The notes below the pieces were generated by a model. The model ran no database searches. It worked only from the letters and a program-made list of their open reading frames with translations, and was not told where the DNA came from. DNA of 64,000 nt from Acidimicrobiia bacterium (GTDB taxonomy: Bacteria; Actinomycetota; Acidimicrobiia; IMCC26256; PALSA-555), in assembly GCA_046484625.1 (NCBI GenBank), contig JAWOIO010000109.1, positions 1,842 through 65,841 of the forward strand, read 5' to 3'. The position numbers were made by a program, and so were the translations under genes. Shown in pieces: positions 45,455 to 53,958 of the stretch. The first letter of the stretch is position 1. Every line of letters starts with the position of its first letter.

Positions 45455-46420
45455 ATGGGCATCCCCAAGATCGTGGTGTACGCCGAGGCCGAGGGCGACA
45501 AGCCGGCTACCAGCACCCTCGAGCTGCTCACCAAGGCGCGTGAGCTCGCCGACGCAGTGGAGTGCGTGTACGTGGGCACCAACGCCGACGCGCTCGCGGG
45601 TGCACTCGGTGAGCACGGCGCGACGAAGGTTCACGCGGTGGACCCGGGCGACGTGCTCCACGGGATCGTCGGCGCGGCTGCCCTCGCGGGCCTCGTGGCG
45701 TCCGACGCCCCCGACGCGGTGCTGTTCGCGCAGTCCTACGACGGGCGTGACGCGATCTCCCGCCTCTCGGTCAAGCTCGACCGTCCGGTCCTCACGAACG
45801 GGACCGACCTGAAGGTCGAGGGCGACTCGATGGTCGTCGGGACAGCGATCTTCGGCGGCAACACGCTCGTCGACACGACGTTCGAGTCCGAGAAGCCCTT
45901 CCTCGCCGCGATCCGCCCGAAGTCGTTCGCGGCCGAGCCGAGCGGGGGCGCCGCGGCCGAGGTCGTGGCCCTCGACGCCGGCGATGCCGGTCGTGCCGGT
46001 GAGGCCAAGGTGCTCGAGCGACACGTCGAGGAGCGCGAAGGCCCGAAGCTCGAGGAGGCGCCCATCGTCGTCTCGGGGGGTCGCGGCATCGGGAGCGCCG
46101 AGGCCTTCGGCCCGATCGTCGACGAGCTCGCGAAGCTGCTCAACGGCGCGTCGGGTGCGTCGCGGGCGATCGTCGACGCCGGATGGGTGCCGTACTCCAA
46201 GCAGGTCGGGCAGACCGGCAAGACCGTGAAGCCCAAGCTCTACATCGCGCTCGGGATCTCCGGTGCCACCCAGCACCTCGTGGGCATGAAGGGGTCCGAC
46301 ACGATCCTTGCGATCAACAAGGATGGCGAGGCGCCGATCTTCTCGGTCGCCGACCTCGGCATCGTCGGCGACGTGCACAAGGTCGTCCCGAAGCTGATCG
46401 AGGCCCTGCAAGCCCGCTGA
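45455..46420 (+). CDS. etfA: Electron transfer flavoprotein alpha subunit
   Basis: 321-aa ORF. C-terminal FAD-binding motifs VVSGGRG, YIA.GISGA.QH..G, I.AIN.D..APIF..AD. Confidence 0.9.
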   Translation: MGIPKIVVYAEAEGDKPATSTLELLTKARELADAVECVYVGTNADALAGALGEHGATKVHAVDPGDVLHGIVGAAALAGLVASDAPDAVLFAQSYDGRDAISRLSVKLDRPVLTNGTDLKVEGDSMVVGTAIFGGNTLVDTTFESEKPFLAAIRPKSFAAEPSGGAAAEVVALDAGDAGRAGEAKVLERHVEEREGPKLEEAPIVVSGGRGIGSAEAFGPIVDELAKLLNGASGASRAIVDAGWVPYSKQVGQTGKTVKPKLYIALGISGATQHLVGMKGSDTILAINKDGEAPIFSVADLGIVGDVHKVVPKLIEALQAR

Positions 46421-46433
46421 CCGGCAACCGACC

Positions 46434-47090
46434 ATGGGCCTCGAGATCCGCGACCTGGCCGCCGAGGACCTCCCTGCGGCCGGAGGCGTCGCGGGGCGAG
46501 CGCTCGCGGACAGCCCGACGCTGCGGTGGGCGCTCGGCCCGGACCCGCTCGCGCGGGTCGGCGGCAGCCTCGACGTCTTCGTCGGGTTCGTGGCCGCGAT
46601 GCCACCACCGCAGCTGGGCGCCTTCCTCGGGAACCACGTCGTCGGGGTCGCAGCGGCGGCGGCGCCCGGAACCTGCATCGGCGCGATCGCGACCGACGAG
46701 ATGCGGACGCCGCCGCAGGTGATCGGACCGAACGGCGACGAGTCGCGGAACCTCCTCGTGTGGTCGCTGTTCTGCGGGCACGACCTCGAGGAGCGGCACT
46801 GGCACGTCGGCCCCGTCTCGGTCGAGCCGGGCCTCCAGGGCGCGGGAATCGGCGGACAGCTCCTCACGGCGCTGTGCGACCGGATGGACGCCGACGGCGA
46901 GGTGGCGTGGCTCGAGACGGACAAGCCCGAGAACGTCGTGTTCTATCGGCGGCACGGCTTCGAGGTCGTCCAGGAGGTGCTCGCGCCCGATCCGGCGGTG
47001 TATCAGGCGTCCGGCGATCAGGCTTCCGGCGATCAGGCGTCCGGCGACGGGCCGTTCACGACCTGGTTCATGCGGCGGGATCCCCGGTAG
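46434..47090 (+). CDS. GNAT family N-acetyltransferase
   Basis: 218-aa ORF. Motifs [12 protein letters not shown] and FYRRHGFE. Has a (QASGD)x3 insert near the C-terminus. Confidence 0.7.
   Translation: MGLEIRDLAAEDLPAAGGVAGRALADSPTLRWALGPDPLARVGGSLDVFVGFVAAMPPPQLGAFLGNHVVGVAAAAAPGTCIGAIATDEMRTPPQVIGPNGDESRNLLVWSLFCGHDLEERHWHVGPVSVEPGLQGAGIGGQLLTALCDRMDADGEVAWLETDKPENVVFYRRHGFEVVQEVLAPDPAVYQASGDQASGDQASGDGPFTTWFMRRDPR
47004..47048. repeat. 15-bp tandem repeat x3 inside the GNAT gene
   Basis: caggcgtccggcgat / caggcttccggcgat / caggcgtccggcgac. Confidence 0.9.
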
Positions 47091-47502
47091 CGCTGGCGCG
47101 CGCGGCGTCCCACATCGATCGCCAGCTCCCGCCGGCGACGAGCACGTGGTCGAAGAGCAGGACGTGCTGCTCGAGACACGCTCGCGCCAGCGCGAGGAAG
47201 CCCTCGACGTCGGCCTCGATCGCGAGCTCGCGCTCGTCGAACAGGAACGAGACCAACACCACGGAGACCGCGTCGAGCTCCCGGGCCAGATCGACGAGCT
47301 GCCCGGCGTCGACCGGTCGGTCGCCCGCGTCGGGTCGGAGCGCGAGCCCGGTGAGCCGACGGTCGTGGTCGAGGCAGATCACCACTTCTCCGGGCGGTGG
47401 GAGCTGGTCGTCGAGCACGGCCTGGACGAGCGTGACGACGTCGCTCGGGCGCCGGAGCTGCTTCGGGACGGTCGTGCGGGTGCAGTCGCGAGAGGTCGTC
47501 AT
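47068..47502 (-). CDS. RadC/JAB-like protein lacking the metalloprotease motif (tentative)
   Basis: ATG at 47502 after the RBS gaggag. The C-terminal ..LLFDHVLVAGGSWRSM resembles the RadC C-terminus, but no HxHPxG-type motif is visible. Confidence 0.45.
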   Translation of the reverse strand: MTTSRDCTRTTVPKQLRRPSDVVTLVQAVLDDQLPPPGEVVICLDHDRRLTGLALRPDAGDRPVDAGQLVDLARELDAVSVVLVSFLFDERELAIEADVEGFLALARACLEQHVLLFDHVLVAGGSWRSMWDAARASATGDPAA

Positions 47503-47600
47503 CGTGGGCTCCTCGGGAGTCGCAAGGAACGAACAGGTGTTCGATCCGGTGCGCACCAGACCCGGTGACGCGTCCGCGTGACGGAGCCGGCCCCGTCTCG

Positions 47601-48962
47601 TCAGCCGAGCGAGGCGCCGTCCACCCACGAGCCGTGGAAGCCGAAGGGCACCCGGCGGGGTAGGTGCACGGTCGCGACAGGAGCGGCGGTGAAGTCCGTG
47701 GCGTCGATGATCCGTACGTCGCTCGCGTCGCGCGCCGCGTCGTAGACGACCGACAGGACCCAGCCCTCGTCCTCACCGGAGTCGGGTGCGGCGGGGACGA
47801 ACACCGGCTCGCCGGCTGCCCCGGCGCCGACGTCGTGCCGCTCCACGGTGCCGCGGACCAGGTCGTGCTTCCGGAGCGACCCGAGGCCGACCCAGTGCTC
47901 ACCGATCCCGGCTTCGGTCGCGTACCCGTACCGGTGCACGCGTCCGACCTGGCGGTCGTCGACCCGGGGGAACTCCTGGGATGCGTCGTCGAGCAGCTCG
48001 GTCGCGACGTGTCCCGCACGCGCGTCGATCGTCCATCGCTCCAGGCGCGTACCGGTGCTCGCACCCGGTCCATAGAGCTCGGACGCGAACATGTCGGGGT
48101 ACCTGACGAGGTCGAGCACGACGTTGCCATCGGCGTCGTCGTACGCGTTGAGCGGGTGGTAGACGTAGCACCGTTCGATCTCGGTCCACACGACATCGGC
48201 GTTCCCGCCGAGCCGGGGCATCACCCCGACGCGGGCGCCGTGCTCCGGGCGCCAGACGAACGGGAACGGGCGGATCCCGAACGTCGAGACGTCGAAGACG
48301 ACTGGGAGGTCGAGCCACACGACGCTCGACGCCGTGATCGCGAAGTCGTGCATCATCACCGGCCCTGGGAGGTCGATCTCCTCGGAGCGGGTGAGCGCGC
48401 CCTTCGCGTCGATCACGTGGTAGCGCAGGTAGGGGGGAGCCAGGAAGTCGTAGCCGAAGAAGTGCATCTCGCCGGTGGAGGGGTCGATCTTCGGGTGCGC
48501 GGTGAACGCCGACGTCAGCCGGCCGTCGAAGTCGCAGGCGCCCACCGTGGAGAGGTCGGGGCGCACCTCGGTGGGCAGGCTCGACTCCACGAGGGCGTAG
48601 ATCCTCCCGGCGTGCGCGACGACGTGGGTGTTGGCCTTGGCGCCGATGCCGTTGACCGCCGGGGGCGCGTCGGGAGGGGGAGGCTCACCGAGTGCCGCAC
48701 ATGCCTCCGTGGTCCGTACCCAGCGGTTCCGGTAGCGGGCCGCGCTGCCGGCGAGCTCGATCCCGTGCAGCATCCCGTCGCCGAGGAACCAGTGGTACGC
48801 GGCGGGGTCGGGGTCGAGTACCGGGTTGGGCCCGTTGCGCAGCAGCAGGCCGGCCAGCCCGGGTGGGATCGCCCCGGTGACGTCGAGGTCGGCATCGTCG
48901 CGCTCGTCGCGGACCGGTGCGAAGTTGCCGACCAGGTACGGGTTGGTCTCGAGGGTGTCCAT
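47601..48962 (-). CDS. Carotenoid oxygenase family (carotenoid/apocarotenoid or stilbene cleavage dioxygenase)
   Basis: ATG at 48962 (MDTLETNPYLVGNFAPV). Motifs L.G.IP..L.G...RNGPNP, ANTHV, and HDFA.T, with the four conserved His contexts. Confidence 0.85.
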   Translation of the reverse strand: MDTLETNPYLVGNFAPVRDERDDADLDVTGAIPPGLAGLLLRNGPNPVLDPDPAAYHWFLGDGMLHGIELAGSAARYRNRWVRTTEACAALGEPPPPDAPPAVNGIGAKANTHVVAHAGRIYALVESSLPTEVRPDLSTVGACDFDGRLTSAFTAHPKIDPSTGEMHFFGYDFLAPPYLRYHVIDAKGALTRSEEIDLPGPVMMHDFAITASSVVWLDLPVVFDVSTFGIRPFPFVWRPEHGARVGVMPRLGGNADVVWTEIERCYVYHPLNAYDDADGNVVLDLVRYPDMFASELYGPGASTGTRLERWTIDARAGHVATELLDDASQEFPRVDDRQVGRVHRYGYATEAGIGEHWVGLGSLRKHDLVRGTVERHDVGAGAAGEPVFVPAAPDSGEDEGWVLSVVYDAARDASDVRIIDATDFTAAPVATVHLPRRVPFGFHGSWVDGASLG

Positions 48963-48968
48963 TCCAAC

Positions 48969-49010
48969 CTCTCTGTGTCGATCACGTGGCTCTCTGTGTC
49001 GATCACGGGG
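48969..49010. repeat. 21-bp direct repeat x2 in the divergent promoter region
   Basis: ctctctgtgtcgatcacgtgg / ctctctgtgtcgatcacgggg (20 of 21 identical). Each unit contains GTG-N5-CAC. Confidence 0.85.
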
Positions 49011-49035
49011 TTCCGTGGCGTGGGAGGATCGGGTG

Positions 49036-49500
49036 ATGACAACGCTACCGGCTCCGGTCGAGCCACTGGCCTGGCTGCTCGGCACCTGGCGTGGCGAGGG
49101 GCGGGGCGAGTACCCGACGATCGACGACTTCGACTACGTCGAGGAGACGACGTTCGCGTGTCCGGGGAAGCCGTTCGTCGCCTACACGCAGCGCACTCGC
49201 ACACCCGACGGCGAGCCGCTCCACGCGGAGACGGGCTACTTCCGCCCCGTCGGCGACGGGATCGTGGAGGCCGTCGTCGCGGAGCCGATCGGCGTCGTCG
49301 AGGTGTACGAGGGGCGCGTCGTGGGGCAGCGCCTCGAGCTCGTGAGCACGCTCGTCGCGTGCACCCCCACCGCCAAGGACGTCTCCGGCGTGCGACGGCT
49401 GCTCCGACTCGACGACGACATCCTCCATGTCCGCCTCGAGATGCAGGCCGTCGGCATCCCGATGCAGCTGCACCTCGAGGCGGGTCTGCGACGCGACTGA
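49036..49500 (+). CDS. Nitrobindin / FABP-like heme-binding beta-barrel (DUF1794)
   Basis: ATG at 49036 after the RBS gggagg. Sequence L.WLLGTWRGEG.GEYPTI..F.Y.EE..F. Confidence 0.75.
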   Translation: MTTLPAPVEPLAWLLGTWRGEGRGEYPTIDDFDYVEETTFACPGKPFVAYTQRTRTPDGEPLHAETGYFRPVGDGIVEAVVAEPIGVVEVYEGRVVGQRLELVSTLVACTPTAKDVSGVRRLLRLDDDILHVRLEMQAVGIPMQLHLEAGLRRD

Positions 49501-49510
49501 AGCGATCGGC

Positions 49511-50728
49511 TCACTCCCGACTGTGCGCGGCGGGGCGGGCGATCCATCCGCCGCCGATGACGTCGACGAGCTCCCACGAGCCGTCGTGGACGAGGTGGTG
49601 GTGCAGCGAGCAGAGCAGCGTGAGCGCCGACACCTCGGTGCACCCGCCGTCGATCCAGTGGACGACGTGGTGGGCATCGCACCAGTCGGCCGAGCGGTCG
49701 CAACCCTCGGCCGTGCAGCCTCCGTCGCGCACGACGAGCGCACGGCGCTGCGCCGGGGTGACCAGGCGGGTGCGACGGCCGAGATCGAGGATCTCCGAGC
49801 GGCCCCGCATGATCACGCGCCCCACCGACGCGTCGCAGGTGAGCCGGCGCAAGGTCGACCGGGCCACCGGGCCGAGCCCCTCGACGTCGTTGCGCAACGT
49901 CGTGAGGTCGCGCACGGGCTCCGCGGCGAGGGTGTCGAGGTCGACGACGACGTCGACGTGCACCCGGCGTCTCCCGCCCTGCTCGCAGAGCGCGACGAGC
50001 GCGTCCGCGCGCCGCTGTGCGAGCGACCGCGCCGGCGTCGGCCCGTCGGCCGAGTCGGGGGGATCGAGATGGGCGTCGAGCGCGGCCAAGAAGGTCGCGC
50101 CCGCGTCGGGGTCGAGCTCGCCGTCGATGATCACGGTGCCCCGGAAGGTGGACGAGCAGTGGAGCCGACGGGCCTCGTGGCATGCGGCAGCGTCGGCGGT
50201 GGCCAGGCGGTCGTCGGCGAGGACGCGCCAGTGGCGAGCGGCGTGCCGGAACGACTCGGGTGGCAGCGCCCGGGCGGCGTCGAGGAGGGAGTCCTCGTGC
50301 TCGGCGAACACCCCCTCGCGATGACGTGCGGCACGCGCGAGCACCTCGATGTGCTCCACGGTGACGTCTCCCGCATCGAGCGCCTTGGCCGTGCGCTCGT
50401 GGGCGTGGAGCAACCGTGCGGAGCGGAGGAGCGAAGCCGCACGGTGCTTCGTGAGTGACGCGCGGTGGGTCAGCCAGGCGACCGCGCTCGGCGCACCCTC
50501 CTCGGCCCACGCGCCCGACGCGTCCCAGCCGGCGAGCCGGTCCAGGACCTCGGCCTGGAGCCGCTCCGAGGCCTCGAGCAGCTCGAGCAGGTCCGCCGAC
50601 CGGGCCGCCCCCGACCAGCCGGCGCGGTCGGCACCCGCGACCCCGTCGACAACGGCACGCATGTCGCGCGCGGTGGACGGAGGGGTAGCGGTCGGAGGTG
50701 CCGCTCGGTCGAGGACGGTCGTGCGCAT
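49511..50728 (-). CDS. DUF222 + HNH endonuclease domain protein (REP13E12-like family)
   Basis: ATG at 50728 in ORF 49511..51928. C-terminal motifs RDGGC...GC.....CDAHHV.HW..GG.T...N..LLC..HH..VH. Confidence 0.8.
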   Translation of the reverse strand: MRTTVLDRAAPPTATPPSTARDMRAVVDGVAGADRAGWSGAARSADLLELLEASERLQAEVLDRLAGWDASGAWAEEGAPSAVAWLTHRASLTKHRAASLLRSARLLHAHERTAKALDAGDVTVEHIEVLARAARHREGVFAEHEDSLLDAARALPPESFRHAARHWRVLADDRLATADAAACHEARRLHCSSTFRGTVIIDGELDPDAGATFLAALDAHLDPPDSADGPTPARSLAQRRADALVALCEQGGRRRVHVDVVVDLDTLAAEPVRDLTTLRNDVEGLGPVARSTLRRLTCDASVGRVIMRGRSEILDLGRRTRLVTPAQRRALVVRDGGCTAEGCDRSADWCDAHHVVHWIDGGCTEVSALTLLCSLHHHLVHDGSWELVDVIGGGWIARPAAHSRE

Positions 50729-50839
50729 GCCCGCATCCAACCAGGGGGGTGTGACAGTCCCCCGGGCGCGGGCCTGCAGTGAGACTCGTCGTCGGCCGTC
50801 TCGTGCGGACGATACGGTGCGACGGGGAGGACGGATCTG

Positions 50840-51778
50840 GTGCAGATCACCGACGTGCTCGCCCTCGTCGGTGGACTTTCCTGCGCGGCGATCGGCGGCG
50901 AGCTGTTCGTACGTGGTGCGGTCGGTCTCGCGGCATGGGCGCGGGTGCCCGCGCGAGTCGTGGCGACGACGGTCGCCGCCTTCGCGACGTCGAGCCCGGA
51001 GTTCGCGGTGTCCACGAGCGCGGCCATCGCCGGGAAGCCGGCGATCGGCTTCGGGGACGCGCTCGGGAGCAACGTCACGAACATCGGGCTCGTCCTCGGC
51101 GTCGCGCTCCTCCTGCTCGACCTGGGAGTCGAACGCAACGAGTCCCGACTCGATGTCACCGTGGCAACGATCTCCCCCGTGCTGACGCTCGCGCTGGCGC
51201 TCGACGGCACGGTCTCCCGCATCGACGGCGGCATCCTGCTGGTCGTGTTCTCCGCCTGGATCCTCCAGACCGTGCGAACCGCGCGCCGTGAGCGCCAGGG
51301 CAGCGCACGAGCGGAAGCGGATGTGGCACGGCGGAGCCCCCGGCCCTGGGTGCTCGCTGCCGCCGGGCTCGGTGCACTCGTCGTCGCCGGCCGTCTCGTC
51401 GCGGACGGCGCTCGCGCCGCAGGGGTAGGTCTCGGCCTCGACGAATTCGTCGTGGGGGCCACCCTGGTCGCGATCGGCACCAGTCTCCCGGAGCTCGCCA
51501 CGACGCTCTCCGCGACGCGCCATGGGCACCACGAGGTGGGGCTCGGGACGATCCTCGGGAGCAACATCTTCAACGGCCTCTGGATCGTCGGCATCGCGGC
51601 GTGCATCGCTCCGATCACGGTCGCCGCGTCCGAGGTGGCAGTGGGCCTGGGCTTCGGCATCGTGACGATCGCAGCGCTCTTCCCGGGCCGCCGCCAGCGC
51701 CTCCGCAGGCGGCGTGGGTTCGTGCTGCTCGGGCTGTACGGGGCCTATCTCGCGACGCTCCTCGCCCTCGGCCCGTGA
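50840..51778 (+). CDS. Calcium/sodium antiporter (CaCA family)
   Basis: 312-aa ORF. Alpha-repeat motifs GDALGSNVTNI and GSNIFNGL, plus GTSLPELATT. Confidence 0.85.
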   Translation: MQITDVLALVGGLSCAAIGGELFVRGAVGLAAWARVPARVVATTVAAFATSSPEFAVSTSAAIAGKPAIGFGDALGSNVTNIGLVLGVALLLLDLGVERNESRLDVTVATISPVLTLALALDGTVSRIDGGILLVVFSAWILQTVRTARRERQGSARAEADVARRSPRPWVLAAAGLGALVVAGRLVADGARAAGVGLGLDEFVVGATLVAIGTSLPELATTLSATRHGHHEVGLGTILGSNIFNGLWIVGIAACIAPITVAASEVAVGLGFGIVTIAALFPGRRQRLRRRRGFVLLGLYGAYLATLLALGP

Positions 51779-51824
51779 TCGTCCCCGGCATCGACGAGGG
51801 CGTCGGCGACGGGTCGGGGCGGCC

Positions 51825-53159
51825 TCATCCGGGGGCGGGCGTCCGCAACCGGGCGATGGCCCACAGCGCGACACCGCCGGCGAGCATGAGACCCAGCCGG
51901 ACGAAGAGACCCGACCCGCCATCGGCAAGGGTGTAGACGAGCAGCGCCGCAGACGCGGTCGCGCCGACGACGGGGATCATGCTGGGGACCCGGAACGGCT
52001 GGTCGGCCGGCCGGTCGATCGTGTGCGGGCTGCGCGTGCGTGCCACCAGCACGGTCACGTTGACCGTCGCGAACACGGCGAGCAGCAGCGTCACCGTGGT
52101 GTCGGCGAGCTCGCGCAGGTCTCCGGTGGCCGCCAACGTCGCAGCCGCCGCAGCCACGAGGACGATGGCCACTGTCGGGGTTCTCCGCCCGCCCACGCGA
52201 CCGAGGAGCGCAGGGACCGAGCCCTTCTCCGCGAGCCCGTAGACCTGACGTGACGCGGTGGTGAGCGCGAGCAGCGCGGTGTTGGTGACGGCGACGATCG
52301 CGATCACGGCGAAGACCCTGGCGGGCACGGGGATGGGGCCGGCGTCGAGCGCATCGAGCAAGGGCGCCGACGAGCGGCTGAGCCCGGTCGACGGGACCAA
52401 CATCGAGACCGACGCGGTCACCCCGAGATAGAGGAGGCCCACGATCACCAGTCCGACGGTCAGCGCGCGCGGGAACGCGCGTCGGGGGTCGCGGACCTCT
52501 TCGGAGAGGTGCACCACGTCTTCGAAGCCGAGGTAGGCGAAGAACGCGAGCGCGGTGGCGGCGAGCAGTGCCGACGGCCCCAACCCGTCCGCTCCCGCCT
52601 CGACGAGCCGAGCCGGCTCCGACTGACCGTCGAGGAGCCCGATCGCGCCCGCCACCAGGACCAGCAGGAGCCCTCCGACCTCGATGATCGTGAGCAGCAC
52701 GTTGGCCCGAGCCGACTCGGAGATCCCGACCCACACCAGTAGCGAGAGCAGCATGATCGTCCCGATGGCGACGGGAGCGACGGGAAGGTCGACGAAGGCT
52801 TCGAGGTACTGGCCCCCGACCGCCCGCGAGACGACTGCCGCCGTGGAGATCGCCGAGGCGGCGACGACATAGCCCACCAGGAACGTGAGGAGCGGCCGTC
52901 GGAACGCGATGTCGACGTAGTGCGCGGAGCCGGCAGCGTGGGGATGGCGGCTCACGAGCTCGGCATACGAGAGCGCGGTCATCGACGCGAGGGCGAACGC
53001 GGCGAGGAAGGGCAGCCAGACGAGCCCACCGACGTCGCCGGCCACCTCGCCGACCAGGATGTAGATCCCGGCACCGAGGATGTCGCCCACGACGAGGATC
53101 GTGAGCAGTCCGGTGCCGAGTGCCCGATGGAGGGGTCGGCCGCGTTCGGGCGAGATCAT
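51825..53159 (-). CDS. APC-family amino acid permease
   Basis: 444-aa ORF. N-terminal G.ILGAGIY.L.G motif and about 12 hydrophobic helices. Confidence 0.85.
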   Translation of the reverse strand: MISPERGRPLHRALGTGLLTILVVGDILGAGIYILVGEVAGDVGGLVWLPFLAAFALASMTALSYAELVSRHPHAAGSAHYVDIAFRRPLLTFLVGYVVAASAISTAAVVSRAVGGQYLEAFVDLPVAPVAIGTIMLLSLLVWVGISESARANVLLTIIEVGGLLLVLVAGAIGLLDGQSEPARLVEAGADGLGPSALLAATALAFFAYLGFEDVVHLSEEVRDPRRAFPRALTVGLVIVGLLYLGVTASVSMLVPSTGLSRSSAPLLDALDAGPIPVPARVFAVIAIVAVTNTALLALTTASRQVYGLAEKGSVPALLGRVGGRRTPTVAIVLVAAAAATLAATGDLRELADTTVTLLLAVFATVNVTVLVARTRSPHTIDRPADQPFRVPSMIPVVGATASAALLVYTLADGGSGLFVRLGLMLAGGVALWAIARLRTPAPG

Positions 53160-53172
53160 CGCTGTCGCGGCG

Positions 53173-53949
53173 TCAGTCGGCGAGATCGATCACGACCGGG
53201 GTGTGGTCCGAGGGCTGTTGGCCCTTGCGTGCATTGCGGTCGACGATCGCCCAGGTGACTCGGTCGACCACCGGCTTCGTCGCGAGCACGAGGTCGATGC
53301 GCATGCCGCGGTGCTGGTGGAAGTCGCCCCGGCGGTAGTCCCAGTAGCTGAAGAGCCGGTCCTGGTCGTAGACCGCGCGGAACGCGTCGGCGAGGCCCCA
53401 GTCCTCCAGGGCCGCGATCGCGGCGCGCTCGCGCGGCGTGACATGGGTGGAGCCCTCGAAGGCCTGGACGGACCAGACGTCGCGGTCCTCGGGTGCGACG
53501 TTGAAGTCACCGAGCACGGCCAGAGGGTCGGTGGGCTTCGCCGTCGCGTCGAGCCACTCCCGGAGCCGCTCGAGCCAGAGCAGCTTGCGTTCGTAGAACT
53601 CGGTGTCGACCTCCCGCCCGTTCGGCACATAGACGCTCACGCACTTGATGCCACCGCAGGTGGCCGACAGGAGCCTCGCCTCGCCCTCGTAGGGATCGTC
53701 GAGGTCGCCGAAGCCCGAGGTGACGTCCGTCAGCCCCGCCTTCGACAGGATGGCGACGCCGTTCCACCGGCCCTGGCCGTGGTGCGCGGCCTCGTAGCCC
53801 ATCGCCTCGAACGTGAGCTGGGGGAAGGCGGCGTCGGCGAGCTTGGTCTCCTGGAGGCACAGCACGTCGGGCTCGGCGTACGCGAGCCACTCCTCCACCC
53901 GGGGGAGGCGCGCCTTGAGCGAGTTGACGTTCCAGGTGGCGATGCGCAC
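53173..53949 (-). CDS. xthA: Exodeoxyribonuclease III
   Basis: Sequence MRIATWNVNSLKAR......W.....PDVLCLQETK; C-terminal SDHTPV. Confidence 0.9.
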   Translation of the reverse strand: MRIATWNVNSLKARLPRVEEWLAYAEPDVLCLQETKLADAAFPQLTFEAMGYEAAHHGQGRWNGVAILSKAGLTDVTSGFGDLDDPYEGEARLLSATCGGIKCVSVYVPNGREVDTEFYERKLLWLERLREWLDATAKPTDPLAVLGDFNVAPEDRDVWSVQAFEGSTHVTPRERAAIAALEDWGLADAFRAVYDQDRLFSYWDYRRGDFHQHRGMRIDLVLATKPVVDRVTWAIVDRNARKGQQPSDHTPVVIDLAD

Positions 53950-53958
53950 CCGGCGAAC

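Noticed and set aside
48963-49085. N-terminal extension (EPRDRHR x2) of the carotenoid oxygenase, and similarly the DLPPT repeat extension of the YdjC-type deacetylase (30659..30931)
   Set aside because: Codon third positions in these in-frame upstream stretches are AT-rich, unlike true coding sequence here. Family-typical N-termini begin at the chosen ATGs, and the deacetylase extension would overlap the divergent lipoprotein gene.
47664-50324. 886-aa plus-strand ORF spanning the carotenoid oxygenase, nitrobindin and HNH genes
   Set aside because: It runs antisense to two well-supported minus-strand genes and out of frame through the nitrobindin gene. It is a high-GC artefact. The same reasoning applies to 53080..55494 (+), 55374..57737 (-) and 45395..46924 (-).
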